From the human T2T-CHM13v2.0 reference genome, Homo sapiens, in the NCBI RefSeq assembly GCF_009914755.1, contig NC_060927.1: 64,000 bases of DNA. The stretch is one strand, 5' to 3'. Shown piece after piece: positions 28,484 to 40,800 of the stretch (position 1 is its first letter; each line of letters opens with the position of its first letter). The notes beneath the pieces are model-generated. The model saw only the letters and a program-made list of their open reading frames with translations, was not told the DNA's origin and searched no databases. The position numbers were made by a program, and so were the translations under genes.

Positions 28484-31422
28484 AGTGGGGAGACAGACTC
28501 TGCCTCTTAGAGAGAGGAATGACAAATTCATATGACATGGGGAGGTGAAGAACGAGGGTCCTTTATGCAATTTATCACGGGGCTATGGCAGAATATTGGT
28601 TGTGTTGATTGCTGATTGTTGTTTGCCCCATGTCCATTCAATACATTAGTTTCTTTTAGCCACCTCAGAAATAACAAGCAGGAACCACCTTGGACATTGC
28701 TGCATGCCAAGTCCAGCTCATAAGTATTGCCAAAGGAATTAGCTCGACAGTGTCCTGGTTTAAGATCCAGTTCTCATGACCATGGCACTAGGTAGGGAAG
28801 GCAAAAGACAATGAACTTAAGTCTGATTTCTTTACACTGGTGGTTCACTGGGACAGTGGGAGGAAAACAGGTCTCTTGTAATCCAGGGCATCTCAAAGAA
28901 TATGCTTGAGGTTTAGTTTTTATTCAAATCCCTAGACTTCTCTTTTAACTCCACCTACGTTTCTACCTGACATCTTCTTTGGGGAAGTCCATACCCCTGG
29001 ACATTCTGGAAATGCTACCTAGTTCCATTCTCAAATTAGGATTTTTACGTTCACCTCCTTGTATCACCATGTCATTAAAATATAGGAGGGGGAATTGCTG
29101 TCCTGGGACATTTTATTTGGTGGTGGCATCTTCAGGGATGAAGGTTACAATGGAATATGCTTGCTTACGGCAGGCTTTACCTGTCTAGAGAAATGCACAC
29201 CTTTTTCTAATTTGCACACAGATGTTATATAGGCCAACAATAGCCCAGACTTTCCTGGTTTTCCCTTGGTGACAGCTCTAATGCTGGTGATTTTCTTCCA
29301 AGTTAGTACAAACCACAGATGCCTTTGTGGTTCAAATTATTCAAAGAGCAACTTTTACCTTCTAGTATGTAGTCACCAGTTGCTCTTAAATTAACCTATA
29401 TTTTTCCTTGTATTATTGTGCAAACCTATTTTCCTTCAGAATGTTAACTCTACTAATTTCCCAAGTACTACTTGAACTTGAGCATGCTAATATATTTTAT
29501 TCTCAATTTTACTGCCCATCTCTAGCTGAAACTGATTCCCGTTGCTTGTATGAGAAAGAACCTTAACTAATACATTAGCTAAAGAAATACCGCAAAGAAA
29601 CAACAGGATTGCTTAATCAACATGGCAGCTTGATCTGCAAAAGTTAAAAAAAAAAGTAAAAGAAAAAGTCAAAGTAGTCTTGGCTGTATTAGCAACATCA
29701 GGCAATTACAGAATCTGCTGCAATAAATGGCCAAGGTTATGGCACCCATAAAGTTTAATTTGCATTCTGAATATTACCATGTGTTCATGGAGAATGCAAA
29801 GCAGGCTCTGCAGGTTGTGAGCAGCTGAATTACAGTGCATTTCAGGATTTCTTTGGTCCATGCATGGGCAGGAGGAGAATGGCTTGCTGGTGTGTGGTCA
29901 GCCTCAACCTTTGCCTCCTTCAGCAGGACATACGGAACATTAAAGCAGATGGCCCTTCTGGGCTACCCTTGGAGGACATAGAATCACCAGATGGTCTGAT
30001 GTAAATTGTCACTGGGTGCACTGCAGCCAATCAGATTATCTGGGTCATTTTGGGGATTAATGTAGATGGTCAGAAGATTGATTAGGTTGCCTTGGTTGGA
30101 ACCTGCTGGTATGGAAATGAAAATGATTTAGCCAATTGTGCCAAATGTGTGTTATTCCAAGTTGCCCAGTGAGAAAGCGAGCTGGCCTTGTGCAGAGACA
30201 CTGAAATTGGATGAGAACCTCATTGCTAGAGAACATACAGGAAATTATATTTCCAGATAAATGAAATATGTAGGAATCATACCACTACAGGGGGAAAGGG
30301 TTCTAAGCCCAGAACATTTTCCCACAGCTTCCTCACACTTACCTATCTTGCATGCATCCATGGCAAGAGAGGAAGTCAGGGCTCTGATTCGTTCTGATAA
30401 ACTTCTCTGCTAGGCTGTATGGATCTCCTGCTCATCTTTCCATTCCTGGGCACCTTCCACGGGTCAGCGTTTCCCATAAACCCATGTGGAAGCACTCTGT
30501 TACCAATTGCCCAGGTTGTATAACTGGGATTGTCCTTCCAGGATGTCTGTCTGCTCCACTCCTAACTGCTCTATCACAGCCATGAGCAGAACAGGCATCA
30601 GACTTAGAAAATCATAGGGAATTCCTTTTTAGTGAAACAATGCATAATTTTAGGATACGAGGAGAGAGTGAGAGAGGAAGGGTGAGAGGGAGAGAATGGC
30701 CAAAAGTGTTTCCCTATTCTTTATTCCTTAAAAAATTGCAGTGCCAAGCCACATTCAAACATAACCCCACTAGAAGGTGAATCTTCAGTTGTCAGATTCT
30801 CCAGCACCTCAAGACTGGCTGAGTTCCCTCAGTCTTGTAGGTGTTGTGTGGCTAGAGAGGGGAGGAGAGAGGAGCAGAAGGTAGGGGTGCTCCTTACCTG
30901 AGGTTGAGCCCCTTCAGCACCAAGGCTGACCATTCTAGCTGGGGAGCTGTCCTGGCCCATTTTGTTGCAATGCTGAGGGCAGGAACTGGGGACCATCTGT
31001 GACATCCAAAACAGAGCTTTCACCTCATTTGAGATGCTGATGAACAAGGATTTAAAATATTTACCTCATTTCTTTAATAAGTGAGTTAACATCATTTTTG
31101 AAAAACAAGGTTTGTTTTTAGGAAAGAATTTTAGTTGTAGATCTCTTCTGTAATAAAGCAGAGTATATATATACATCAAGAAAAAATTTTAAAAAGGCTA
31201 CATAAATGAATGATGCACACTAAACAATTTAAAATTATTCCTATATAAATCACTCAGAGAAAAATATAACATAGGAATAAAATAAAAATCTTCATAACCT
31301 CCCAGTGGGGTTTTAGTATATTTCCTTCTAGTCATTTCTCTATGTGTATGAGAAAACCTTTTTAAAAATTGGATCATTGGTGTATATACACACACCACAC
31401 ATACATACTTTTCCAATCAATC

Positions 31423-31784
31423 TGTATTAGTTTACTATGGCTGCCATAACAAAATATCACAGACTTGGTGGCATAAAGAACAGGAATTTGTTTCTCACAC
31501 TTCTGAAGGCTGGAAGTTTGAGGTCAAGGTGATGGGAGGTTTGTTTTCTCCTGAGGCCCCTTTCCTTGGCTTGCCGATGGCAGTCTTCTCTCAGTGTCCT
31601 CATGAGACCTTTTCTCTATGCACTCCTGGTGCTCTTCCTCTTCTTATAGGGACACCAGTCATATTGGATTATGCCTTTATTGAACCTAATTACCTCTTTA
31701 AAGACCCTACCTCCAAATACAGTCACTTTGGGAGTTAGGGTTTCACCATATGAATTTTGAGGGGACACAATTCAGTTCATAACA
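31423..31784 (-). mobile_element. MLT1B-like MaLR LTR
   Basis: TGTATTAGTTT...GGCTGCCATAACAAAAT...GAATTTTGAGGGGACACAATTCAGTTCATAACA. Confidence 0.85.
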
Positions 31785-33029
31785 CTGTTTAACATTATAT
31801 AATAATCTTTCCTCTATATCATTAAAGTCTTGAAAATATTTCAGTGGCTATACTATAACTTACACAATCTTTTCCTATTATTTTAGTTGTTTATAATAAG
31901 CAAAGTGTTATTTTACTTATAAGTAATATTGCAGGAACATCTGCTTGCATAAATGTTAAGTGTGAATATTTGCCTTTCAAGTGAATTTTAAGCTGTTGGG
32001 TAAAAGGCATCAGGGAGAGAGCTGTGGTGCGGGACAGACCCAGGGGTACCTACGGGTAGATTGTCTTAGTTTTCTCCATTTCACATCCCATTCTTGGACT
32101 ACAAGCCATTGACCAGCACAGGCCCCAGGCCCACCAAAAGATACTTACCCCCTAACTGTGATCCCATCCCAGTGACAGGAGGTGCTTGCCAGCTCCCACT
32201 TGTCCATCTGTGGTGTGGTCCCTGTTATTGACTTTTCTCTGATCCTCTACTTCCCCTTCTCTGGAACTTTACTTCTCTAGCTCTTCTCATAATTAGGCAA
32301 GGTCTCCTTACTTTGGCACACTCCTTACTCCATAATAGTAAGAAGAGTTTACTATATGCAGAAGAGCTTACTATATGGTAGGGTGCAGAACCGCCTTAAT
32401 AGTAGGGTGGCTCTCCATTCCTAGTTGAACCCTAACTGATACAGGCAATTTGTCTCTCTGTACTTCAATACCCTCATATGTAAATTGAGGCTAATATATG
32501 GGGCGGCATTTAGATGTTCTAAGGTACACTTAGAACAGTGCCTGGCACATAAAAAAAACTCAATGAATTCAGTCTGTTATCTTCATTATTGTTATCACCT
32601 TATACCCAGGTACCTGCTTTAGATTTGTAATTTAGTCCAAGTATGGCTGTTAGCTTCTTTCTTGATTCCAATAAAAATTGGCTTGCAGAAACATTTGCAA
32701 AGCATAGTTAATTTTACTGGTCAGGTGTAGGAAGATATGAAGGGAATTTTACATCATGGTATTACAAGGAACTCCAGGTTGAAAAGCTAACTTTCTTATT
32801 CTTAAATTTTCTTCTTCTGCATGCCCCTGGGCATTCCCACTGGTACTTTACCCAAACAACCCAAAACACCTACCTCATGCCTCTCCCCAGATGTTCCCTC
32901 CTTATCTGCTTTCCTCATCTCCTCAAGTCTTTTTTCTCCCTATCTTTCCCAAGAGCAAATCCTACTTTTTCTTGATTTGTCCTGTCAAGCAGCTTGGCAA
33001 TGGTTTTATTACTTAAATTGTTTCTGTGG

Positions 33030-33217
33030 TCCTTAACCAGGGGCAATTTTAGTACCAATGGGGTATTTTGCAATGTCTAGAGACACTTTTTGGTTGGTTG
33101 TCACAACTGGGAGTGATATTGGCATCTAATCAGTATAGGCCAGGGATGCTGAAAACATCCTACAACAAAGAATTATCTAGTCCAAAATATCAATAGTGCT
33201 GAGATTCAGAGACCCTA
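33030..33217. mobile_element. MER20 DNA transposon
   Basis: GGGGCAATTTT...AATGTCTAGAGACA...GTCACAACTGGG...GGCCAGGGATGCTG...AAGAATTATC...CAATAGTGCTGAG. Confidence 0.8.
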
Positions 33218-33266
33218 AACTAGTGCAACACTCATGTTCTCAGAGCCTTAGTGTTACCCCAATTAG

Positions 33267-33670
<404 letters not shown>

Positions 33671-33769
33671 AATACGTTTCTATCTCTGCACAAAGAGAAG
33701 TTGTAGCTTTTCCTACACTATTATGCAAAACATGCTTCCCTTGTTCAGCTCTAGGATTAGCTTCTAGAT

Positions 33770-33940
33770 CTGTGCTGTCCAATATGACAGCCACTGTATA
33801 CATATGGTTATTATATTACCAAAAGTTAACATTAAAAATTCAGTTCCTCAGTCATACTAGTCACATTTCAAAGTGGCTACCAAATGGGATAGTGCAGATA
33901 TAGAACATCTTCATCACCCCAGAAAGTTCTACTGGACTGT
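33770..33940. mobile_element. MER3-like DNA transposon
   Basis: CTGTGCTGTCCAATA...AAAATTCAGTTCCTCAGTC...CAGAAAGTTCTACTGGAC. Confidence 0.75.
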
Positions 33941-35154
33941 ATGATTGTAGAGCTTCTTACATTGCCCCTAGGCATTCCTTATCATTCTTCTTTTAAATTT
34001 AACTTTTAAGTTCAGGTGTACACGTGCAGGTTTGTTACATAAGTAACAAAAGTAAGTGGCTTGTTGTACAGATTATTTTGTCACCCAGGTATTAGGCCTA
34101 GTACCCATTAGTTATTGTTCCTACCTTCTCCCTCCTCCCATCTTCGATCCTTTGATAGGCCTCAGTGTTTGTTGTTTCACCATGTGTCCATGTATTCTCA
34201 TCATTAATCTTGCACTTATAAGTAAGAACATGCAGTATTTGGTTTTCTGTTCTTGCATTAGTTTCCTAAGGATAATGGCTTCCAGCTCCATCCATGTTCC
34301 TTCAAAGGGCACGATCTCATTCTTTTTTCTAGCTGCATAGTATTCCATGGTATATACATGCCACATTTTCTTTATCCAGTCTACCATTGATGGGCATTTA
34401 GGTTGACTCTGTGTCTTTGCTACTGTGAATAGAGTTGCAGTGAACATACATGTGCAAGTGTCTTTATAATAGAATGACTTCCAGTCCTTTCAGTATGTAC
34501 ACAGTAATGAGATTGTTGGGTCACATGGTATTTCTGTTTTTAGGTCTTTGAGGAATCACCACACTGTCTTCCAACATGGTTGAACCAATTTACACTCCTC
34601 CCAACAGTGTATAAGTGTTCCTTTTTCTCTGCAATCTCGACAGCATCTATTATTTTTTGACTTTTTATTAATAGCCATTCTGACTGGTGTGAGATGGTAT
34701 CTCATTGTGGTTTTGATTTTTCATTTCTCTAATGATCAGTGAAGCTGAGTTTTTTTCATATGCTTGCTGGCCACATGTATGTCTTCTTCTGAAAAGTGTC
34801 TGTTCATATCCTTTGCCCACTTTCTAATGGGGCTGGTTTTTTTGCTTGTTAATTTGTTTAAATTCCTTATAGATTCTGGATATTAGACCTTTGTCAGATT
34901 CATAGTTTGCAAAAATTTTCTCCCATTCTGTAAGCTGTCTGCTCACTCTGTTGATAGTTTCCTTTGCTGTGCAGAAGCTCTTTAGTTTATTTAGATATCA
35001 TTTGTCAATTTTGCTTTTGTTGCAATAGCTTTTGGTGTCTTTGTCACGAAATCTTTGCCTGTTCCTGTGTCCAGAATGGTATTGCCTATGTTGTCTTCCA
35101 GGATTTTTATAGTTGTGGGTTTTACATTTAAATCTTTTTAATCCATCTTTTTTT

Positions 35155-35500
35155 GGATTAAAACAACACAGATTTATTTATCACTCACACTTCACGTCTA
35201 AAGCATGTCACTTGAGGGATGCTATATTAGCATTGTCACTCAGGGACACAGGCTGACAGAGAGTTGGCCATGTGACTGACATCACCGTCTCAACATTCTA
35301 ACAGAGGAGAATGCAAGGGGAATCACATACGAGCTTTGAAGTGCTTCCATCCAGGAGAGACACCTGTCACTTCCACTCTTCTTTAACAGGCCAAAGGAAG
35401 TCACACAGCCATGCCTAACTCCATGGGGTTAAAGAAGCATAATCTTCCCTTGTGTTGGGAGAAGAGGAGAACCAGAACTACTAGTAAACACTACTGACAT
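35155..35500 (-). mobile_element. Old MLT1 (J/K-like) LTR fragment within the L1 insert
   Basis: CAACACAGATTTATT...GTCACTCAGGGACACAGGCTGAC...GTCACTTCCACTC...GGCCAAAGGAAGTCAC...CATGCCTAAC. Confidence 0.7.
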
Positions 35501-35663
35501 GTGCCTCACCATCCATAATCTACCTCCCTAATTCCTTTCTCCCCTTCTTCCCTCTCTGATCTTCTATCTGAACTCCATCCCATGATCCCTTGCCATTCTA
35601 ATGTTATCCCCTTCCATCCCTTTCTTTGTTTTGTTTTGTCTTTGTTTTTTTGATAGTGAGCTC

Positions 35664-36003
35664 TTTTTTTCTTGAATAAGTTTTTGGGGAACAGGTGGTG
35701 TTCAGTTACGTGAATAAGTTCCGTAGTGGTGATTTCTGAGATTTTGTTACACCCATCACCCAAGCAGTGTACACTGTACCAAATGTGTAGTCTTTTATCC
35801 CTCACCCCACTCCCACTCTTTCCCCCAAGTCCCCAAAGTCTATTGTATCATTCTTATGCCTTTATGTCCTCATAGCTTAGTTCCCGCTTATGAGTGAGAA
35901 CATACAATATTTGGTTTTCCATCCCTGAGTTAGAATAACGGTCTCCAATTCCATCCAGTTTGCTGCAAATGTCATTATTTCATTTCTTTTTATAGCTGAG
36001 TAG
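35664..36003 (-). mobile_element. L1PB-type 3' end
   Basis: TTTTGGGGAACAGGTGGTG...GTGGTGATTTCTGAGATTTTG...AAGTCCCCAAAGTC...CCTCATAGCTTAG L1PB 3' UTR. Confidence 0.85.
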
Positions 36004-37810
36004 TTTTTTGTATATGGTGTAAGAAAGGGGTTCAGTTTCAATCTTCTGCATATGGCTAGCCAATTCTCCCAGCACCATTTATTGAACAGGGGATCTTTTT
36101 GCCATTGCATGTTTTTGTCAGTTTTGTCAGAGATCAGATAGTTGTATGTGTGTGGCCTTATTTCTGGGTTCTCTATTCCCTTCCCTTGGTCTATGCTTTT
36201 GTACCAGTACCATGCTGTTTTGGTTACTGTAGCCCTGTATGATAGTTTGAAGTTTGGTGGCATGGCCTCCAGCTTTGTTCTTTTTGTTTAGGATTGTCTT
36301 GGCTATTCAGGTTCTTTTTTGGTTTCACATGAATTTTAAAACAGTTTTTTTTCTAGTTCTGTGAAGAATGTCAATGGTAGTTTAATAGGAAACTATAAAT
36401 TGAATCTATAAATTGCTTTTGGCAGTATTGCCATTTTTACACTATCGATTGTTCCTATCCATGATCATGGATTGTTTTTCCACTTGTTTGTATCATTTCT
36501 GATTTCTTTGAGCAGTGCTTTGTAGTTCGCCTAGCAGAGATCTTTCACCTCCCGGGTTAGCTGTATTCCTAGGTACTGTGTGTGTGTATGTGTGTGTGGC
36601 AATTGTGAATGGTATTGTGTTCCTGATTTGGCTCTTGCCTTGACTGTTATTGGTGTATAGGAATGTTAGTGATTTTTGCACATTGATTTTGTATCCTGAG
36701 ATTTTGCTAAAGTTGTTAATCAGCTTAAGAAGCTTTTGGACTGAGACTATAGGTTTTTCTGGATATAAGATAATGTCATCTGCAAAGAGAGATAGTTTGA
36801 CTTCCTCTCTTCCGATTTGAATGCTCTTTATTTCTTTGTCTTGCTTGATTGCCCTGACCAGAAGTTCCAATACTATGCTGAATAGGAGTGGTGAGAGGGC
36901 ATCCTTGTCTTGTGCCGGTTTTCAAGGGGAATGCTTCCAGCGTTTGCCCATTCACTATGATGTTGGCCATAGATTTGTCATAGGTGGCTGTTATTATTTT
37001 GAGGTATGTTCCTTCAATACTTAGTTTATTGAGAGTTTTTAACATGAATGGATGTTGAATTTTATTGAGGGATTTTTCTGTATCTATTGAGATAATTATG
37101 TGTTTTTTTTTGTCTTTAGTTCTGTTTATGTGATGAATCACTTTTATTGATTTGCATATGTTGAACCAATCTTACATCCCAGGGATACTTGATCATGATG
37201 GATAAGCTTTCTAATGGCTGCTGGATTCAGTTTGCCAGTATTTTATTGAGGAGTTTTGCACTGATGTTCATCAAGGATATTGGCCTGAAGTTTTCTTCTT
37301 TTTGTTGTGTCTCTGCCAGGTTTTGGTATCAGGATGATGCTGGCCTCATAGAATGAATTAGGGAGGAGTCTCTCCTACTCAAGTTTTTGGAATAGTTTCA
37401 GAATAAATAGTACCAGATACCCTTTGTAAATCTGGTAGAATTCAGCTGTGAATCTGATTCTGGGCTTTTTTTGGTTGGTAGGCTACTGACTACTGACTCA
37501 ATTTCCACGCTCATTATTGATCTGTTCAGGGATTCAGTTTCTTCCTGGTTCAGTCTTAGGAGGGTGTATGTGTTCAGGAATTTGTCCATTTCTTCTAGAT
37601 TTTCTAGTTTATGTGCATAGAGATGTTCATAATATTTTCTGATTGTCATCTGTATTTCTGTGGGATCAGTGGTAATATTCCCCTTGTCGTTTCTAATTGT
37701 GCTTATTTGAATCTTCTCTCCTTTCTTCTTTATTAGTCTAGGTAGCAGCCTATCCATTTTATTAATTTTATCAAAAAACTAGCTCCTGGATTCATTGATC
37801 TTTTGAATGA

Positions 37811-37850
37811 TGTGTGTGTGTGTGTGTGTGTGTGTCTGTGTGTCTGTGTC
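37811..37850. repeat. (TG)n microsatellite
   Basis: Directly visible. Confidence 0.95.
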
Positions 37851-38765
37851 TCGATCTCCTTCATTTCAGCTCCGATTTTGGTTATTTCTTGTATTCTCCT
37901 AGCTTTGGGCTTGGTTTGCTCTTGGTTCTCTAGTTCTTTTAATTGTGATGTTAGGTTGTTAAACTGAGATCTTTCTAACTTTTTGATGTGAGCATTTAGT
38001 GCTATAAATTTCCCTCTTAACACTGTGTTAGCTATGTTCCAGAGATTCTAATATGTTTTGTCTTTATTCTCTTTAGTTTCAAAGAACTTCTTAATTTCTG
38101 CCTTAATTTCATTATTTACCCAAAAGTCATTCAGGAGTAGGTTATTTAACTTCTATGTAATTTTATGGTTTTGAGTGAATTTCTTAGTGTCCCTCACCAT
38201 TCTTTTTTGTTCACTTCTGTAAATCTCCATGTCTTTCGTGATCCAGTCAGCAAATCACAGCAGGTGTCACTCCAGCACCAGAGTGAGCTGAAAGTGCCTC
38301 CCCTGGGAAGGGATTCTGCCTCAGATATTAGGAGAGTAACTCAAAGACACTTGGGTCCTTTGAAGGGAATTGTAAACTCCTCAAGGCCAGGAGTTTACAA
38401 TTTCTTTCCCTAAGGACCCAAGGTACATAGCATGGTGTCTGACACATGGGCAGCATTTAATAAATAATTAATTTAGTGAGTTGAGTGAATTACATAAATC
38501 CTAACAAGTTACGTATCTCTGTGTTGGCCTGTGTCTTGGCACTCCAGGATTAACCAGACTTGGCCATCAAGTTGGTTTGTTGTAGCCAAAACCTACATGG
38601 TAGGGAGGGGTAATAAACAGATAATGGGAGTTTGCATGGGGTTCTGTTTCCTTGCCAGCTAGGTGGCCTTCGTTGTTATTTGGCTGATTGCTTAACCTCT
38701 GTGGGCCTCAGTTTTCTCCTTTGTAAAATGAGGATCTAATTTTTGACTTTCCTACCTTCTGTTTT

Positions 38766-38804
38766 GTGTGTGTGTATGTGTGTGTATGTGTGTGTGTGTG
38801 TGTG
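38766..38804. repeat. (TG)n microsatellite inside a MIR (~38640-38870)
   Basis: Directly visible; MIR core CTTAACCTCTGTGGGCCTCAGTTTTCTCCTTTGTAAAATG lies upstream. Confidence 0.9.
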
Positions 38805-39875
38805 AGGTTTGAATGAGGTAATTTAGTTAATAGCAGTTTGTAAAATATAGATACCAGTAGCTTTTATTATTATGGCAATTACACAGGCAATGGTCCTGGT
38901 TAAAATTAGCAGGGGCCATATATTTCTTCCCCTTGTAGAATTCTAGCTTTCAGACTCATGGTAACATTTGTTTATCTTACTACTGAAAAGATTTTTTTGG
39001 TTGCTTTGAGCTCATTCCTTGATCTCCTTTCTGTTTCCTCATTAAAAAAGAAAAGAATAGCTAATGAATTACAGATGCTGTAAATGCCAAGCAATGACAA
39101 CAGGCTGCTCTCAGGGGTCCAGTATCCTTGCATTCCACCGTATCTGTCTCTTCCACTTTCTCTTCAGTCTGGCATTTAACACCACCCCTGATGACATTAT
39201 GGTTTCATCTTTAGAGAATGGTGTCACAGAAGTTAACACTTTTGTCATTATCCATTGAGCTGATTTTGAAATTCCTAAAAGGGTTTAAAAGCAAGATCAG
39301 CTGACTTCAGTTATAGCAGATATTATAGGTGAAACATGCTCTTCTGAAATGGCTGTTATGTCTGCATCTACATCCACACTGAAATTCATCATCTCCAGCT
39401 GCATTCTCTCTTCATTTTGGTGGCGAGAGGGGGACCAAAGTTTGGTGCTTTCAGCTATGAGACTTCCAGGTTTTAGGCAGTATTTCTGCAGCATACATTT
39501 CCAACACCTTGCTCTAATCGCAATGCTCTTTGCTTCATTTTACTCATATCCTATCTATCTTCCAAGGCCCATGTCTTTCTTTCTTCTCTCTTACTGCTGG
39601 GACTACTCCTCCAATTATTTCCTTCCCTGTAGTGAGAGAATGATAGAAACTTAAGGCTGGAAGGGACCTAAAAGATCCTCTAGTCTTAAACATCCTATAA
39701 CCCTTCAATCTATCCCAATTAGTTGTTCAACCTGTGCTTGAACAAACTATTACATCACACCAATTACCTTAGAGTTAATACAAATGGTCTAATTGTTTTA
39801 TAACTTAGTTTTCACTCCCCAGTAAAACAGTCATGAGTTGTTCCTTTATTATCTCTTTCAACCCTTAACGTATTT

Positions 39876-40340
39876 GTATTGGTTGGGATTGCTTTTGACT
39901 GTATGTAGCAGAAATCTGAATAAAGTTGACAAACAAATAAAGCTTTATCTTCTCTCATAACAAGAAGTCTTGGAGATGGGCCATTGTTGTTGTTGGCTCA
40001 GAGGGTCAATGATGTTGCAGCCAGCAAAATTTTTGCTATGATCTCTTTGCTGCAGCTCTTTCCAGGTACCATGATTACATTTAAAGCAGAAAGAAGGCAG
40101 TCACATCTATAACTTTTTGTCATGATAGCAATAGCTTCTTCAGAAAATTTTCATTAGTTTTATGCTTACGTCTCATTGACTAGAGTGATCATATCTGCAA
40201 GACTGGGCTGTAGAAACTGAAATGAGATTGTCATGTTTGGTGTATCCCAATAATAATTCATATCCTGGGGATAGGCTTATTGCCTCTCTCCAAAGTATTT
40301 GGGATCTGTTAGACAGAAAGAAAGGGAGAATGCTATTAGG
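39876..40340 (-). mobile_element. Old MLT1-type LTR
   Basis: TGTATTGGTTGGG...TCTCATAACAAGAAGTCT...CTTACGTCTCATTG. Confidence 0.5.
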
Positions 40341-40349
40341 AGAGCTACG

Positions 40350-40800
40350 GTCATAAGCTGTGTTCCTCTACAAGCTAGTCATGAGACAACTTTGCAAGCA
40401 AAAAGAGCTGATTTAGGAGATGATCCCAAGAAGCATTGGCAGGAGAGTGGAAAAATGAAAAATGGATGGGTAGAAAGATGTATTAATGAGCAGGTTAGTG
40501 CTGTGGGCAACTGCAGCTCAGTCCTACTCAGGACCTCTGTGAGACAACGTAGAGCTTTCCTACCTGAGGGGCAAAGAAGCTAGAATATTTAACCAGCCAT
40601 TCCCATCCATCATTGGTAGAAAGTTGCTCCCAGCAACACTAACTTCCAAGCACCTCCAGCCTATCACTTGTACGGACTAACCATCTCCCTCAAGCAGAGA
40701 GTTTTAGATGCTTTTAACAAGAGCAATCCATGTACTCAGACATGGTGAGTGCCAAGGGACATGCAGTGTCTGCTAAGCTACCATCAATGCCTGTCACAGT
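40350..40800. mobile_element. LTR33-like ERVL LTR
   Basis: GATGATCCCAAGAAGCA...GCTGTGGGCAACTG...GAGGGGCAAAGAAGCT...CATCATTGG. Confidence 0.6.

Larger units (their letters stand above)
33990..38190 (-). mobile_element. Older L1PA (about L1PA11-16) LINE-1, 5'-truncated, split by an insertion at 35148-36003
   Basis: 3' UTR at 33990; minus-strand ORF2 peptides ([11 protein letters not shown]; [18 protein letters not shown]); degenerate 13-bp TSD CCTTATCATTCTT (33977-33989) / CCTCACCATTCTT (38192-38204). Confidence 0.92.
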
